Positions 20,694 through 28,733 of a stretch of DNA of 32,000 nt are shown here, piece by piece. The translations under genes and the position numbers were made by a program. The stretch spans positions 1,440,001-1,472,000 of the forward strand of contig NZ_CP047931.1 of assembly GCF_014280175.1 (NCBI RefSeq). The letters run 5' to 3'. Source of the stretch: Synechococcus sp. A15-28. Its GTDB lineage: Bacteria; Cyanobacteriota; Cyanobacteriia; PCC-6307; Cyanobiaceae. Numbering within the stretch: position 1 is the first letter of the stretch; each line of letters opens with the position of its first letter. The notes under the pieces are model-generated. The model worked only from the letters and a program-made list of their open reading frames with translations, did not search any database and was not told the DNA's origin.

Positions 20694-21563
20694 ATGCCTG
20701 AGGACTCCATTACAGAGCTCACCACGACGGTGTTGCGCAAGTCGAAGGGCCGCCAGCTTGCAGACGGCGATCGACTCCTCGTGAACTACCAGGGGACTCT
20801 GCTGAGCGGAGAGCAATTTGACGCGAGCTTCGACTTCAGCAGCTTCGAAGCCGAAGCTGGCCGCAGACCCTTCGAATTCGTACTAGGCGCGGGGCAAGTG
20901 ATTCAGGGCTGGGATCAGGGCTTGAACGGTCAGAAGCTCGGTGAGGTTGTGGAGCTCAAGATCCCCTCAGAGCTCGCCTACGGCGAACAAGCCATCGGCG
21001 ACAGCATTCCTCCGAACAGTTCCTTGATCTTCACGGTTGAGGTGCTTGCGATGCTTCCAGCTGGCGAAGCCGTTCCGATCTATCTCGATTTCAAGGACAT
21101 CGGGATCAAGCCCAAGAAGATCGGTCTCACCGATGAACTCCTGGCAACGGTCCAGTTCTCCAAAACAGGGCTGAACCTCAACGATGAACTGAACGGAGGC
21201 GAAGAAGCTGATCTGCTTATCGGCCTCAAAGGCAAGGACACCCTCGATGGAGGCCTTGGCGCCGATGTGCTGATCGGCGGTAAAGGCAAGGACCGTTTCC
21301 TGTACTCAGGCGTGGAGGATTCGCTGGCCGATGCGGATGGGCGCGATCACATCCTTGATTTCGGCAAGAAGGACAAGATCAATCTGCAAGCCCTTGCTGA
21401 GGAGCTGCAGTACATCAAAAAGCGGCAGTTCACCGGAACGGCCGGCGAAGTACGGTTCAAAAAGGAGACCCTTTCGATCGACATCGATGGCGACGAGTCG
21501 GCGGATTTTGCCGTTGCTATGCCCGGGGTTGAGAAGCTGAAGGGGTCCAATCTGCTCCTCTGA
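20694..21563 (+). CDS. FKBP-type peptidyl-prolyl isomerase fused to RTX nonapeptide/serralysin-like C-terminal region
   Basis: FKBP part: ADGDRLLVNYQGTLLSGEQFDASFD...PFEFVLGAGQVIQGWDQGL...KIPSELAYG...IPPNSSLIFTVEVL. C-terminal part: GGEEADLLIGLKGKDTLDGGLGADVLIGGKGKDRFLYS...DHILDFGKKDKINL...FTGTAGEVRFKKETLSIDIDGDESADFAVAMPG. Confidence 0.9.
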   Translation: MPEDSITELTTTVLRKSKGRQLADGDRLLVNYQGTLLSGEQFDASFDFSSFEAEAGRRPFEFVLGAGQVIQGWDQGLNGQKLGEVVELKIPSELAYGEQAIGDSIPPNSSLIFTVEVLAMLPAGEAVPIYLDFKDIGIKPKKIGLTDELLATVQFSKTGLNLNDELNGGEEADLLIGLKGKDTLDGGLGADVLIGGKGKDRFLYSGVEDSLADADGRDHILDFGKKDKINLQALAEELQYIKKRQFTGTAGEVRFKKETLSIDIDGDESADFAVAMPGVEKLKGSNLLL

Positions 21564-21578
21564 CGTCTCCCCTCGGAT

Positions 21579-22268
21579 ATGCCCCTTCTGCCCAGACGGT
21601 TTGAACGGCTGAAATCCGTTTTGAACCATCGCATGGCAGATCTGACCGTGGTGCTGGAGCACGTGGAGAAGCCCCACAACCTCTCCGCCATCCTGCGCAG
21701 CTGCGATGCGGTGGGAGCCCTGGAGGCCCACATCGTCAGCCTGCAGGGACGTCCCCGCACCTTCAACAGCACCGCCCAGGGCAGTCAGAAATGGGTGCCC
21801 CTGAACGACCATCCGGACATCGAGACCGCAATCTGCAGCCTCAAAAACAGGGGATTTCGGATCTACGGCACCCACCTCGGGGTTGAAGCGAAGGACTACC
21901 GGGACTGTGACTTCACCGGTCCAACCGCATTTGTGCTGGGGGCGGAGAAATGGGGCCTGACCGATCAGGCCAGAGACCTGATGGATGAGGCCCTGTTCAT
22001 CCCGATGCGGGGCATGGTGCAGTCCCTGAATGTTTCGGTCGCCACGGCCACCCTGTTGTTCGAGGCCTTGCGCCAGCGCCAGGTGGCTGGAACAGCTCCA
22101 ACGCGGGGGGAAGGGTTGTCAGCAGACCATTACAGACAGCTACTGTTCGAGTGGTCCTACCCCCAGGTGGCCGCCTGGTGCCGGGAGCAGGGGCGTCCGT
22201 ACCCCGAACTCAATGATGAAGGAGAGCTGCTGGAAGAGCTGCCCCGAACAGTGAAGTTGCGCTGCTGA
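21579..22268 (+). CDS. trmH: SpoU/TrmH-family tRNA/rRNA 2'-O-methyltransferase, likely tRNA (guanosine-2'-O)-methyltransferase
   Basis: DLTVVLEHVEKPHNLSAILRSCDAVGALEAHIV, FVLGAEKWGLTDQA, IPMRGMVQSLNVSVATATLLFEALRQRQ. Confidence 0.93.
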   Translation: MPLLPRRFERLKSVLNHRMADLTVVLEHVEKPHNLSAILRSCDAVGALEAHIVSLQGRPRTFNSTAQGSQKWVPLNDHPDIETAICSLKNRGFRIYGTHLGVEAKDYRDCDFTGPTAFVLGAEKWGLTDQARDLMDEALFIPMRGMVQSLNVSVATATLLFEALRQRQVAGTAPTRGEGLSADHYRQLLFEWSYPQVAAWCREQGRPYPELNDEGELLEELPRTVKLRC

Positions 22269-22288
22269 TTTCACAGGTCCCCTTGCCG

Positions 22289-22507
22289 ATGGGGGCGCAG
22301 CTGAGCCATAACCGAATCAGCGAATTGTCAGGAATGGACGACAAAGCAATGCACGACTACGCCGTCACGTATCACTGCGGCGAGGAATGGGGCGAGGAGA
22401 TGCTGCAGTCCGTCGATCTGGGCCAGGCGGTGGAGGCGGCCCATGCCCTGTTCCCCAGCTCCTGCAGGATTTCCATCCGTGAAGTGAAGCCCCCCGCCAG
22501 CCGCTGA
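22289..22507 (+). CDS. Small hypothetical protein
   Basis: Short frame directly downstream of the trmH-like gene (MGAQLSHNRISELSGMDDKAMHDYAVTYHCGEEW...); no recognised domain. Confidence 0.5.
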   Translation: MGAQLSHNRISELSGMDDKAMHDYAVTYHCGEEWGEEMLQSVDLGQAVEAAHALFPSSCRISIREVKPPASR

Positions 22508-22511
22508 GGAA

Positions 22512-22727
22512 TCAGTGGCGTGAACCGGAGGCAAAGGGCAAACGCAGGGCCGCGATCAGTGCCACGCTCTCCAGCACAAGGTTCTGGCTGACCAAGACCA
22601 CCACCAGAACCAGCAGTGCTGCCAGCAACCGCTCCAGCAGCCCGATCACATCATCGGGATTGTTGCGGCCTGACATCCACAGCATCACGGAGATCGCCAG
22701 GAACAGCAGGCTGGTCCACCAAGGCAT
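22512..22727 (-). CDS. Small hypothetical membrane protein (71 aa)
   Basis: MPWWTSLLFLAISVMLWMSGRNNPDDVIGLLERLLAALLVLVVVLVSQNLVLESVALIAALRLPFASGSRH; hydrophobic segments, downstream of the ABC permease gene. Confidence 0.5.
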   Translation of the reverse strand: MPWWTSLLFLAISVMLWMSGRNNPDDVIGLLERLLAALLVLVVVLVSQNLVLESVALIAALRLPFASGSRH

Positions 22728-22747
22728 GGCGTGAGGAACTGTTGCCG

Positions 22748-23623
22748 TCAGTTTGACGTCGGTTGGTTCTCCGCGCCGCTGACCCAGGCTTCGATGCCTT
22801 CCCCGAGGAAGGACAGGCCCAGCACCAGGATGAACATGGCCAACCCTGGAAACAGAGCGGTCCACCACACACCGGTGGGCACCGCCGCCAGAGCCAGGTT
22901 CAGATCGCCGCCCCACTCGGGCACGGTTTCCGGCAGCCCCAGACCAAGGAAACCCAGGCCCCCCAGCACCAGAACGGCATCGGCGGCGTTGAGGGTGAGC
23001 AGCACCGGCACCGAGGTGATCACGTTGCGGAAGAGGTAACGGCGCAGGATCCACAACGGCCCTGCACCGAGGGTGCGGGCGGCTTCCACAAACAGTTCAC
23101 TCTTCACCTGAGCCGTCTGGTTGCGCACCACCCGGAAGTACTGCGGTACGTAGACGACACACAGGGCGGCAGCGGCATTGGGGATGCCCTTGCCCAGCAG
23201 AAATGCCAGCACCACCGACAGCAACAGCACTGGAAGCGTGTACAGGGTGTCCATCAGCAGCACCAGCACCCGGTCGACGGCACCCCCCAGGTAGCCGCTC
23301 ACCATGCCCAGGGGAACACCCACCAGCAGGGCAACACCAACCGCCAACAGCACCACCTGCAGGGCCACCCCACTGCCGGCCATGGTGCGGATGCAAACAT
23401 CCCGGCCGAGGCGATCGGTACCGCACCAATGCTCAAAGGTGGGCGGCGCATAGATCGGATTCGCCAGGCCGGCGTTGGCATCCGGCAACCAGCCCAGGGC
23501 GACAAGAATCGGCGTGAACACGGCGATGACGCCATAGATGCCCACGATCACGAGCCCCCAACGGGCCATCCGTGTGGAGAGGCTGAGGATCACGAAAGGG
23601 GTTCCATGCAACGGATGCATCAT
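22748..23623 (-). CDS. ABC transporter permease, DppC/OppC family
   Basis: HWCGTDRLGRDVCIRTMAGSGVALQV...VGVPLGMVSGYLGG...RNQTAQVKSELFVEAARTLGAG...RRYLFRNV...PVLLTLNAADAVLVLGGLGFLGLGLPETVPEWG. The open frame extends to 23650; start uncertain. Confidence 0.92.
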   Translation of the reverse strand: MMHPLHGTPFVILSLSTRMARWGLVIVGIYGVIAVFTPILVALGWLPDANAGLANPIYAPPTFEHWCGTDRLGRDVCIRTMAGSGVALQVVLLAVGVALLVGVPLGMVSGYLGGAVDRVLVLLMDTLYTLPVLLLSVVLAFLLGKGIPNAAAALCVVYVPQYFRVVRNQTAQVKSELFVEAARTLGAGPLWILRRYLFRNVITSVPVLLTLNAADAVLVLGGLGFLGLGLPETVPEWGGDLNLALAAVPTGVWWTALFPGLAMFILVLGLSFLGEGIEAWVSGAENQPTSN

Positions 23624-23648
23624 CCCCCCATCAGCGGGAGAATGGGCC

Positions 23649-25088
23649 ATGGCAACCTCCCGATCCTGGCGCCGGACGCTGCTGGGCAGCCTGCAGGGTC
23701 AACTGCAGTTGGCGACCTATTTGGCCGTGTTCATCGGCTTCACAGGTGCATCGTCAGCTGGGCTCTGGATCGGCCAGCGCAACCTGATTCAAAACGACCT
23801 CCGGGAGCTCCGAGACAGCGCTGATTCCATCCAGCAGTGCCTGCGGAAGGGAGGTGGGGACGATGCAAGTGTTCGACAGGAGCTGCTGCTGCATTCCAGA
23901 ATGCGCACAAGCCTCTGGATCGAGCAACCCGATGGGTCGCTGCTGTTGCCCGAGAGCGATCATGTGTCGATCTCGGATCAGACAATCCGAGCGGCCATGG
24001 CCGCCAACCAGAAACGAACCGTTGGGCTGCAGCAGCAGTTGCGTCTTGGAGAGAACCAATACCTGAGTGAACTGGTGGAGCGATTCCCCTCCGGCGCCCG
24101 GCTCTGGATCAGCCATGAGGTGAGCTCGAACCAACAGGCCCTGAGCCATTACCTGGGGCTGATGATCCTCATCTGGGGGAGCTGTCTGATCATCACGCTG
24201 ATTGCTGTGAGCGCCCTTGTGCGTCGCATCGTGCAACCGCTCCAGCAACTCAATGCCGCGACGAACGACGTCACCGCCGAGACCCTGGCCTCAGCCCGAC
24301 TGACGTTGAAGCACGGTCCCATCGAAGTGCTCCAACTGGGTCGCACCTATGACGCCCTGCTGGAACGTCTCTCCCAGTCATGGGAATTGCAGCGTCAGTT
24401 CGTCAGCACCGTCAGCCACGAATTGCGCACGCCCCTCACGATCGTGCAGGGCTATTTGCACCGCACGATCCGCCGCAGCGACAACCTGTCATCAGGTCAA
24501 CTCAAAGGCCTGCAAACAGCGGAGGACGAGAGCATCCGCATGCGACGGCTTCTCGATGATCTTCTCGATCTCTCCCGAAGCGATTCAGGACGGCTGAGCA
24601 TCAGCCATGAACCCCTTCAGCTGATCGATCAACTGGACCAGGTCGTGACACTTGCCCGCAGCACCCTGAGCCGCAGGCTGGAGCTCAATCTTCCGGAATT
24701 GACCGATTCAGACGCCGTGATCGTGCAGTCCGACCCGGCGAGGCTGCGCCAGGTTCTGCTCGATCTGATCGAAAACGCCGATAAATATTCCCCGAATGAC
24801 CGTCCCATTCGTCTGACCCTGCGCCTTGAACAAGAGTTCGCCTGCATTGACGTGATCGATGAGGGCATCGGCATCCCCGCTGATGAGCTGGAACGGGTGT
24901 TCGAGCGGTTTCAACGGGCCAGCAATGCCACGGAGAAAAGCGGATCAGGGCTTGGACTGTCGGTGGTGAAGCTGCTGGTGGAGGGAATGGGCGGCACCAT
25001 TGGGGTCAGCAGCCACCTGAATCAAGGCAGCTGTTTCACCGTGAGGTTGCCGCGATTATTGCGTATCTGGTGTTCTGCTCTCTGCTGA
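23649..25088 (+). CDS. Membrane sensor histidine kinase (HAMP/HisKA/HATPase)
   Basis: Two TM segments flanking an extracytoplasmic region, HAMP, H-box QFVSTVSHELRTPLTIVQGYL, N-box LLDLIENADKYSP, G1/G2 DEGIGIP and GSGLGLSVVKLLVEGMGG. Confidence 0.95.
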   Translation: MATSRSWRRTLLGSLQGQLQLATYLAVFIGFTGASSAGLWIGQRNLIQNDLRELRDSADSIQQCLRKGGGDDASVRQELLLHSRMRTSLWIEQPDGSLLLPESDHVSISDQTIRAAMAANQKRTVGLQQQLRLGENQYLSELVERFPSGARLWISHEVSSNQQALSHYLGLMILIWGSCLIITLIAVSALVRRIVQPLQQLNAATNDVTAETLASARLTLKHGPIEVLQLGRTYDALLERLSQSWELQRQFVSTVSHELRTPLTIVQGYLHRTIRRSDNLSSGQLKGLQTAEDESIRMRRLLDDLLDLSRSDSGRLSISHEPLQLIDQLDQVVTLARSTLSRRLELNLPELTDSDAVIVQSDPARLRQVLLDLIENADKYSPNDRPIRLTLRLEQEFACIDVIDEGIGIPADELERVFERFQRASNATEKSGSGLGLSVVKLLVEGMGGTIGVSSHLNQGSCFTVRLPRLLRIWCSALC

Positions 25089-25405
25089 TCCCAGCCAACC
25101 TGTGGGCCGCGATCACGCCGCACCTGCACAGCGACCTGTCGATGCGCGTTTTGCACGGTGTGTCCACGTTGGCCCTGCTGCCTCTGCTCTGGAGCCTGTG
25201 GCAGGGGCGGCAGTGGCAGAACCCACTGGTCTCGCTGGTGCTCGGGGTGTTCGGCGTGATGCTGGTGCTGGTGAACAGCTGGATCACCGCCATGGGCATG
25301 GGGGTGGAATTCGGCTGGCTTGATCACGTGATGCTGTCCGTGGCCTACGGCAGTGTTATGGCGTTCTTCCTGCTCAAACCTGAGGCTGCTGAACAGGAGT
25401 CGTGA
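25070..25405 (+). CDS. Small hypothetical membrane protein
   Basis: Hydrophobic helices (LLIPANLWAAITP..., NPLVSLVLGVFGVMLVLVNSWITAMG, HVMLSVAYGSVMAFFLL); start uncertain, overlaps the kinase 3' end in another frame. Confidence 0.6.
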   Translation: MFCSLLIPANLWAAITPHLHSDLSMRVLHGVSTLALLPLLWSLWQGRQWQNPLVSLVLGVFGVMLVLVNSWITAMGMGVEFGWLDHVMLSVAYGSVMAFFLLKPEAAEQES

Positions 25406-25406
25406 A

Positions 25407-25958
25407 CTAACCAACGCCGGTGCTGCGGACCCGACGGTCCTTGCCGGGAAGACGTTGCTCCAGATGGAATTCCAGCAGGGGCAAGCCATCGGGCTGACGG
25501 ACTCTGAAGGCTTCCACGCCATCAAGAACCACCCGGTTTTGGTAGGCACCGCCCGGGCGGGCACGACCGTTCAGATCAAAGGCAGGGCCGCAACGCATCA
25601 ACACCTGGCCCTGCCAGATCGCTGATGGTGCCGTCCCAAGGGAATACACCACAGGGTTTGAGCCATGTCTTGGTTGGATGGCGAGCAGCGGTCGCCGGCC
25701 GGACAGTCCACAGGCCCAACGTTGTTGCGGGTTCGGATCGAGCTGCCAGGAAGCAGCTTGGCGGAGGTCACCCTTCACCAACGCCAGGGTTCGGCGTTGC
25801 ATCCCTTTCATCAGCATGGCCTGCGCCAGGGAGCCGCCCTGGCGCAGCTCGCCAAGCAGGAGCTGACCCATCACACCGCAGAGCAGCAGTCCCAGAGCCG
25901 CTGCCAACAGCAACTCCACCAGGGTGAAGCCAGCGGAGGAACGATCAGCGCGCATCAC
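25407..25958 (-). CDS. Prepilin-type N-terminal cleavage/methylation protein (PilW/GspJ-like minor pseudopilin)
   Basis: SSAGFTLVELLLAAALGLLLCGVMGQLLLGE leader and hydrophobic alpha-1. Confidence 0.85.
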   Translation of the reverse strand: MMRADRSSAGFTLVELLLAAALGLLLCGVMGQLLLGELRQGGSLAQAMLMKGMQRRTLALVKGDLRQAASWQLDPNPQQRWACGLSGRRPLLAIQPRHGSNPVVYSLGTAPSAIWQGQVLMRCGPAFDLNGRARPGGAYQNRVVLDGVEAFRVRQPDGLPLLEFHLEQRLPGKDRRVRSTGVG

Positions 25959-26460
25959 GGGGCCTGCATTGGGAACTGCTGAGGGGAGTGTTGATGTCTG
26001 CGCGGTAGATGCCGCCGCGGGTGATGCCGAGGGGCAAGCCGATCACGAAACAGAGAGCGTGGTTGCGCTGGGGGTGGCTCAGCACCACCAGACTGCTATC
26101 AAGCACCAGACCATTGGCGGTGAACCGCACGACATCAGGCAGGTTGCTGCGCAGGATCAACGGGCTGGCGCCTTGGTCCTGCAGATCCAGGCTTCCTCCA
26201 CGGCAGGCCGGCAGATCCCCAGCCACCGGGGGTTGCCAGCCTTGAGGGGTGAGATGCAACGCGCAAGGCTGCTGATTGCGTTCTGCGGCCATCTGGCCTC
26301 GATCCACCCCGATGCGCAAGCGCCGCAACCCAGTTTCCAGGTCAAGGTTGTGTTTCACCGCCGCCGGGCTGGCGATGGCGATCGACGCCAGGATCCCCAG
26401 CATCACCACCGCGAGGAGCAGTTCGATCAGGCTGAAACCAGCGCATGGATCGCGATCCAT
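25945..26460 (-). CDS. Prepilin-type minor pseudopilin (FimT/GspH-like)
   Basis: MDRDPCAGFSLIELLLAVVMLGILASIAIASPAAVKH leader. Confidence 0.85.
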   Translation of the reverse strand: MDRDPCAGFSLIELLLAVVMLGILASIAIASPAAVKHNLDLETGLRRLRIGVDRGQMAAERNQQPCALHLTPQGWQPPVAGDLPACRGGSLDLQDQGASPLILRSNLPDVVRFTANGLVLDSSLVVLSHPQRNHALCFVIGLPLGITRGGIYRADINTPLSSSQCRPRDAR

Positions 26461-26885
26461 CAGGGCACCTCTGCGCGGCAATGACCCAACCCAGCGGGAG
26501 TCAACAACTGGCGGCGTTGCACCGGACCATGGGCCACGGTGAGCCAGAGGCCATCGGTGGACCGATCGTCTTCGACCGTTTCTGTGATGGCGGGAGCCAT
26601 GGGTATGGCACTGAGCGCGGCATCCACGGCATCGCCGTCAAAGCGGCAATGGGGATGCACCACTGGGGCTTTTGCCAGCACTCGCCGCGTGATCAGGAGC
26701 CGTTGCTCCAATTGAGTGAGCTGCTGATCCAGCTGATCAGCGGCGGCGGCAGCCTGGGCTGTGCGGGTCCACCCCTGCAAACCCACCTGGGTGCTGATCC
26801 CCAGGATCACTGCGGAGACGAGCACTTCCGTGAGCGTCATGGCAGCAGCTCCAGATCCAGCCGGCTCTGGCGGCCATCGCTCCAT
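26460..26885 (-). CDS. Prepilin-like protein (PilV/GspI-like)
   Basis: GSGAAAMTLTEVLVSAVILGISTQVGLQGW: pilin-like hydrophobic segment with Glu (TLTEV); leader has A/M rather than G/F at the expected cleavage site. Confidence 0.7.
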   Translation of the reverse strand: MERWPPEPAGSGAAAMTLTEVLVSAVILGISTQVGLQGWTRTAQAAAAADQLDQQLTQLEQRLLITRRVLAKAPVVHPHCRFDGDAVDAALSAIPMAPAITETVEDDRSTDGLWLTVAHGPVQRRQLLTPAGLGHCRAEVP

Positions 26886-27250
26886 TGCAGTCGCAAGGTT
26901 CCGGCCAACGCGCCCTGGGGTTGCCAATCCAGCAGTTGCCAGTCGCGATCGGCGACTCGGCCGGATTGAAGCGCTGCAGGGTTCGCCCCAGGGCAGCCCG
27001 CCGGGAGGTCCCACTCGGAGGAGGGCAAGGCCAGCAGGCAGGCATGGGCACCGGCAGCGTGCTGTTTGAAGGCCATCGCCACCGAACGCTCGGCATCGCG
27101 GGTCTGGGCGGTGACCAGCGCCTGGCTGCTGCGCTGGCGCGCGTGCAAGGCGAGGGTCTACAACGACAAACTGCTCAGCAGCAGCAGGGCCGAAGTGGTT
27201 AGCGCCAGGGGCAGAGCAAAGCCCCTGCTGGCAACAGGATGAATCAACAT
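26837..27250 (-). pseudogene. PilX/GspK-like minor prepilin interrupted by in-frame TAG
   Basis: Reading from ATG at 27250-27248: MLIHPVASRGFALPLALTTSALLLLSSLSL*TLALHARQRSSQALVTAQTRDAERSVAMAFKQHAAGAHACLL...DLELLP; the stop is complement of cta at 27158-27160. The frame is otherwise continuous. Confidence 0.8.
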
Positions 27251-27472
27251 CAGCAAATGGTGGGCTGAAAGAAGGGTTCCCCGCTGACGCTGTTGTTGAT
27301 CACATTAAAAAGTGCGCAAGACATTTAATTGAATGCATCGAAAACCAAGGACCTGCAACTGAAAGAACAATGAGACCCAGCCTCAGAAAGAACTCATCTC
27401 AATAAAAGCCGCGACTCAGACAAGGCCTTCAAGATCAGTGGATAGTGAATATGTCGAGATCAATTCCGATTG

Positions 27473-27841
27473 ATGACTAACAAATTCCTGCAAACCGCAC
27501 TCCTCAATAACAAGAAAGCCAAGAACGCACTCCAAAAAGGTTTCACCCTGGTGGAACTGATGGTCGTGATTGTAATCGTGGGCATCCTGTCTGCTGTTGC
27601 TTTACCTCAACTAAACGCGGCACAAGACCGAGCCAAAGATTCTGTTGCCAAGCAGGAGGCAATTGCAGCTGCTAAAGAGTGTTCCATTTACACCCTTGCT
27701 GGTGGCACCATTCCTAATGGGTCTCAATACATAGCTGTTACTATTGGGAAAGATTGTGCAGATGTGGTTTCTACCAGTCCCACTGGCACCACTTACAAAG
27801 TCACCCTGACTGACGGCATTCCTGGACCTGTTGAGGACTGA
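27473..27841 (+). CDS. pilA: Type IV pilin (PilA-like major pilin)
   Basis: ALQKGFTLVELMVVIVIVGILSAVALPQLNAAQDRAKDSVAKQEAIAAAKECSIY; canonical prepilin leader and paired Cys in the globular part. Confidence 0.92.
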   Translation: MTNKFLQTALLNNKKAKNALQKGFTLVELMVVIVIVGILSAVALPQLNAAQDRAKDSVAKQEAIAAAKECSIYTLAGGTIPNGSQYIAVTIGKDCADVVSTSPTGTTYKVTLTDGIPGPVED

Positions 27842-27844
27842 TTT

Positions 27845-28471
27845 ATGAATATCGTTTCAGTGATTACTGGTATGACGATCATGGGGATTGCCGCCCCCAA
27901 GATCGCTAACATGAGCATTCAACCGTTTATTGCTCAAAAGCGTGCAGAAAACTTCGGCATTGCTGAGGCTGCCGCTGTCACTTTCGCAGCCCAAAATGAA
28001 GGAGCAACCTCACTTACAGTTACACCTTCTCTTTGCGATGCACCTGATCCACTAAGCAACGGTGCGTATTCCATCACTTGCACCGAAGGTACAGGAACTC
28101 CTTACGTTCAAACTGTGACCCGCAGCTTTAGGCTCCAACAGTGCGATGACAACGACGGCAACAATGGCCATGGCAATAGCGGTGGCTACGATTGCTCCAA
28201 CCCCGGTAACGGCGGTGGCGGTTACGCGGACAATGCTCGCGTCTTCAACTTCCCCACGCCTACAAAATTCACGGGCCACCAATGCCCGACTTATGACACC
28301 TGGGGAGTGAATGGCTACAACGATGCCCAAGCAGCCATCTATGGCGAGGACTATGGGGCTTGCATTCCTGATGTCGCCTGGTCGAAACAAACATACAAAG
28401 CCAGCAATCCTGACAGCTGGCTTTATGACATCAACAACCACAACGGCTGGGGTAACCACAAAGACTATTAA
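27845..28471 (+). CDS. Pilin-like secreted/surface protein with Gly/Asn-rich segment
   Basis: Starts 3 nt after the pilA stop; MNIVSVITGMTIMGIAAPKIANMSIQPFIAQKRAENFGIAEAAAVTFAAQNEG resembles pilin alpha-1 but lacks GFTLxE; CDDNDGNNGHGNSGGYDCSNPGNGGGGYADN. Confidence 0.75.
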   Translation: MNIVSVITGMTIMGIAAPKIANMSIQPFIAQKRAENFGIAEAAAVTFAAQNEGATSLTVTPSLCDAPDPLSNGAYSITCTEGTGTPYVQTVTRSFRLQQCDDNDGNNGHGNSGGYDCSNPGNGGGGYADNARVFNFPTPTKFTGHQCPTYDTWGVNGYNDAQAAIYGEDYGACIPDVAWSKQTYKASNPDSWLYDINNHNGWGNHKDY

Positions 28472-28733
28472 AGGAGATGCTCTGATTGCGATCTTTCTTG
28501 AGCAGGGCACCTCATTCATTCACAAAGCTAAAAGATGGCTGCTCATCATCGGGCAGCTTTCTTGTTGATTAAACGGAAACAAGAGACGATTGTCGCCGAG
28601 ATCAAAAAACGAGGCAAAGAGGGCTTTCACGATAAATACCCAAAATGAGAGACTAAAATCAACGAAAACACCCTGAGAATTCACTGGTCTTGCAATGAAC
28701 CTAGACAACGATAAATCAAAGGCCAGAAGCTCA

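Noticed and set aside
22748-25088. Divergent ABC permease and histidine kinase as a possible novel sensor-transporter module
   Set aside because: No partner permease, ATPase, binding protein or response regulator in the window; adjacency alone does not support a system.
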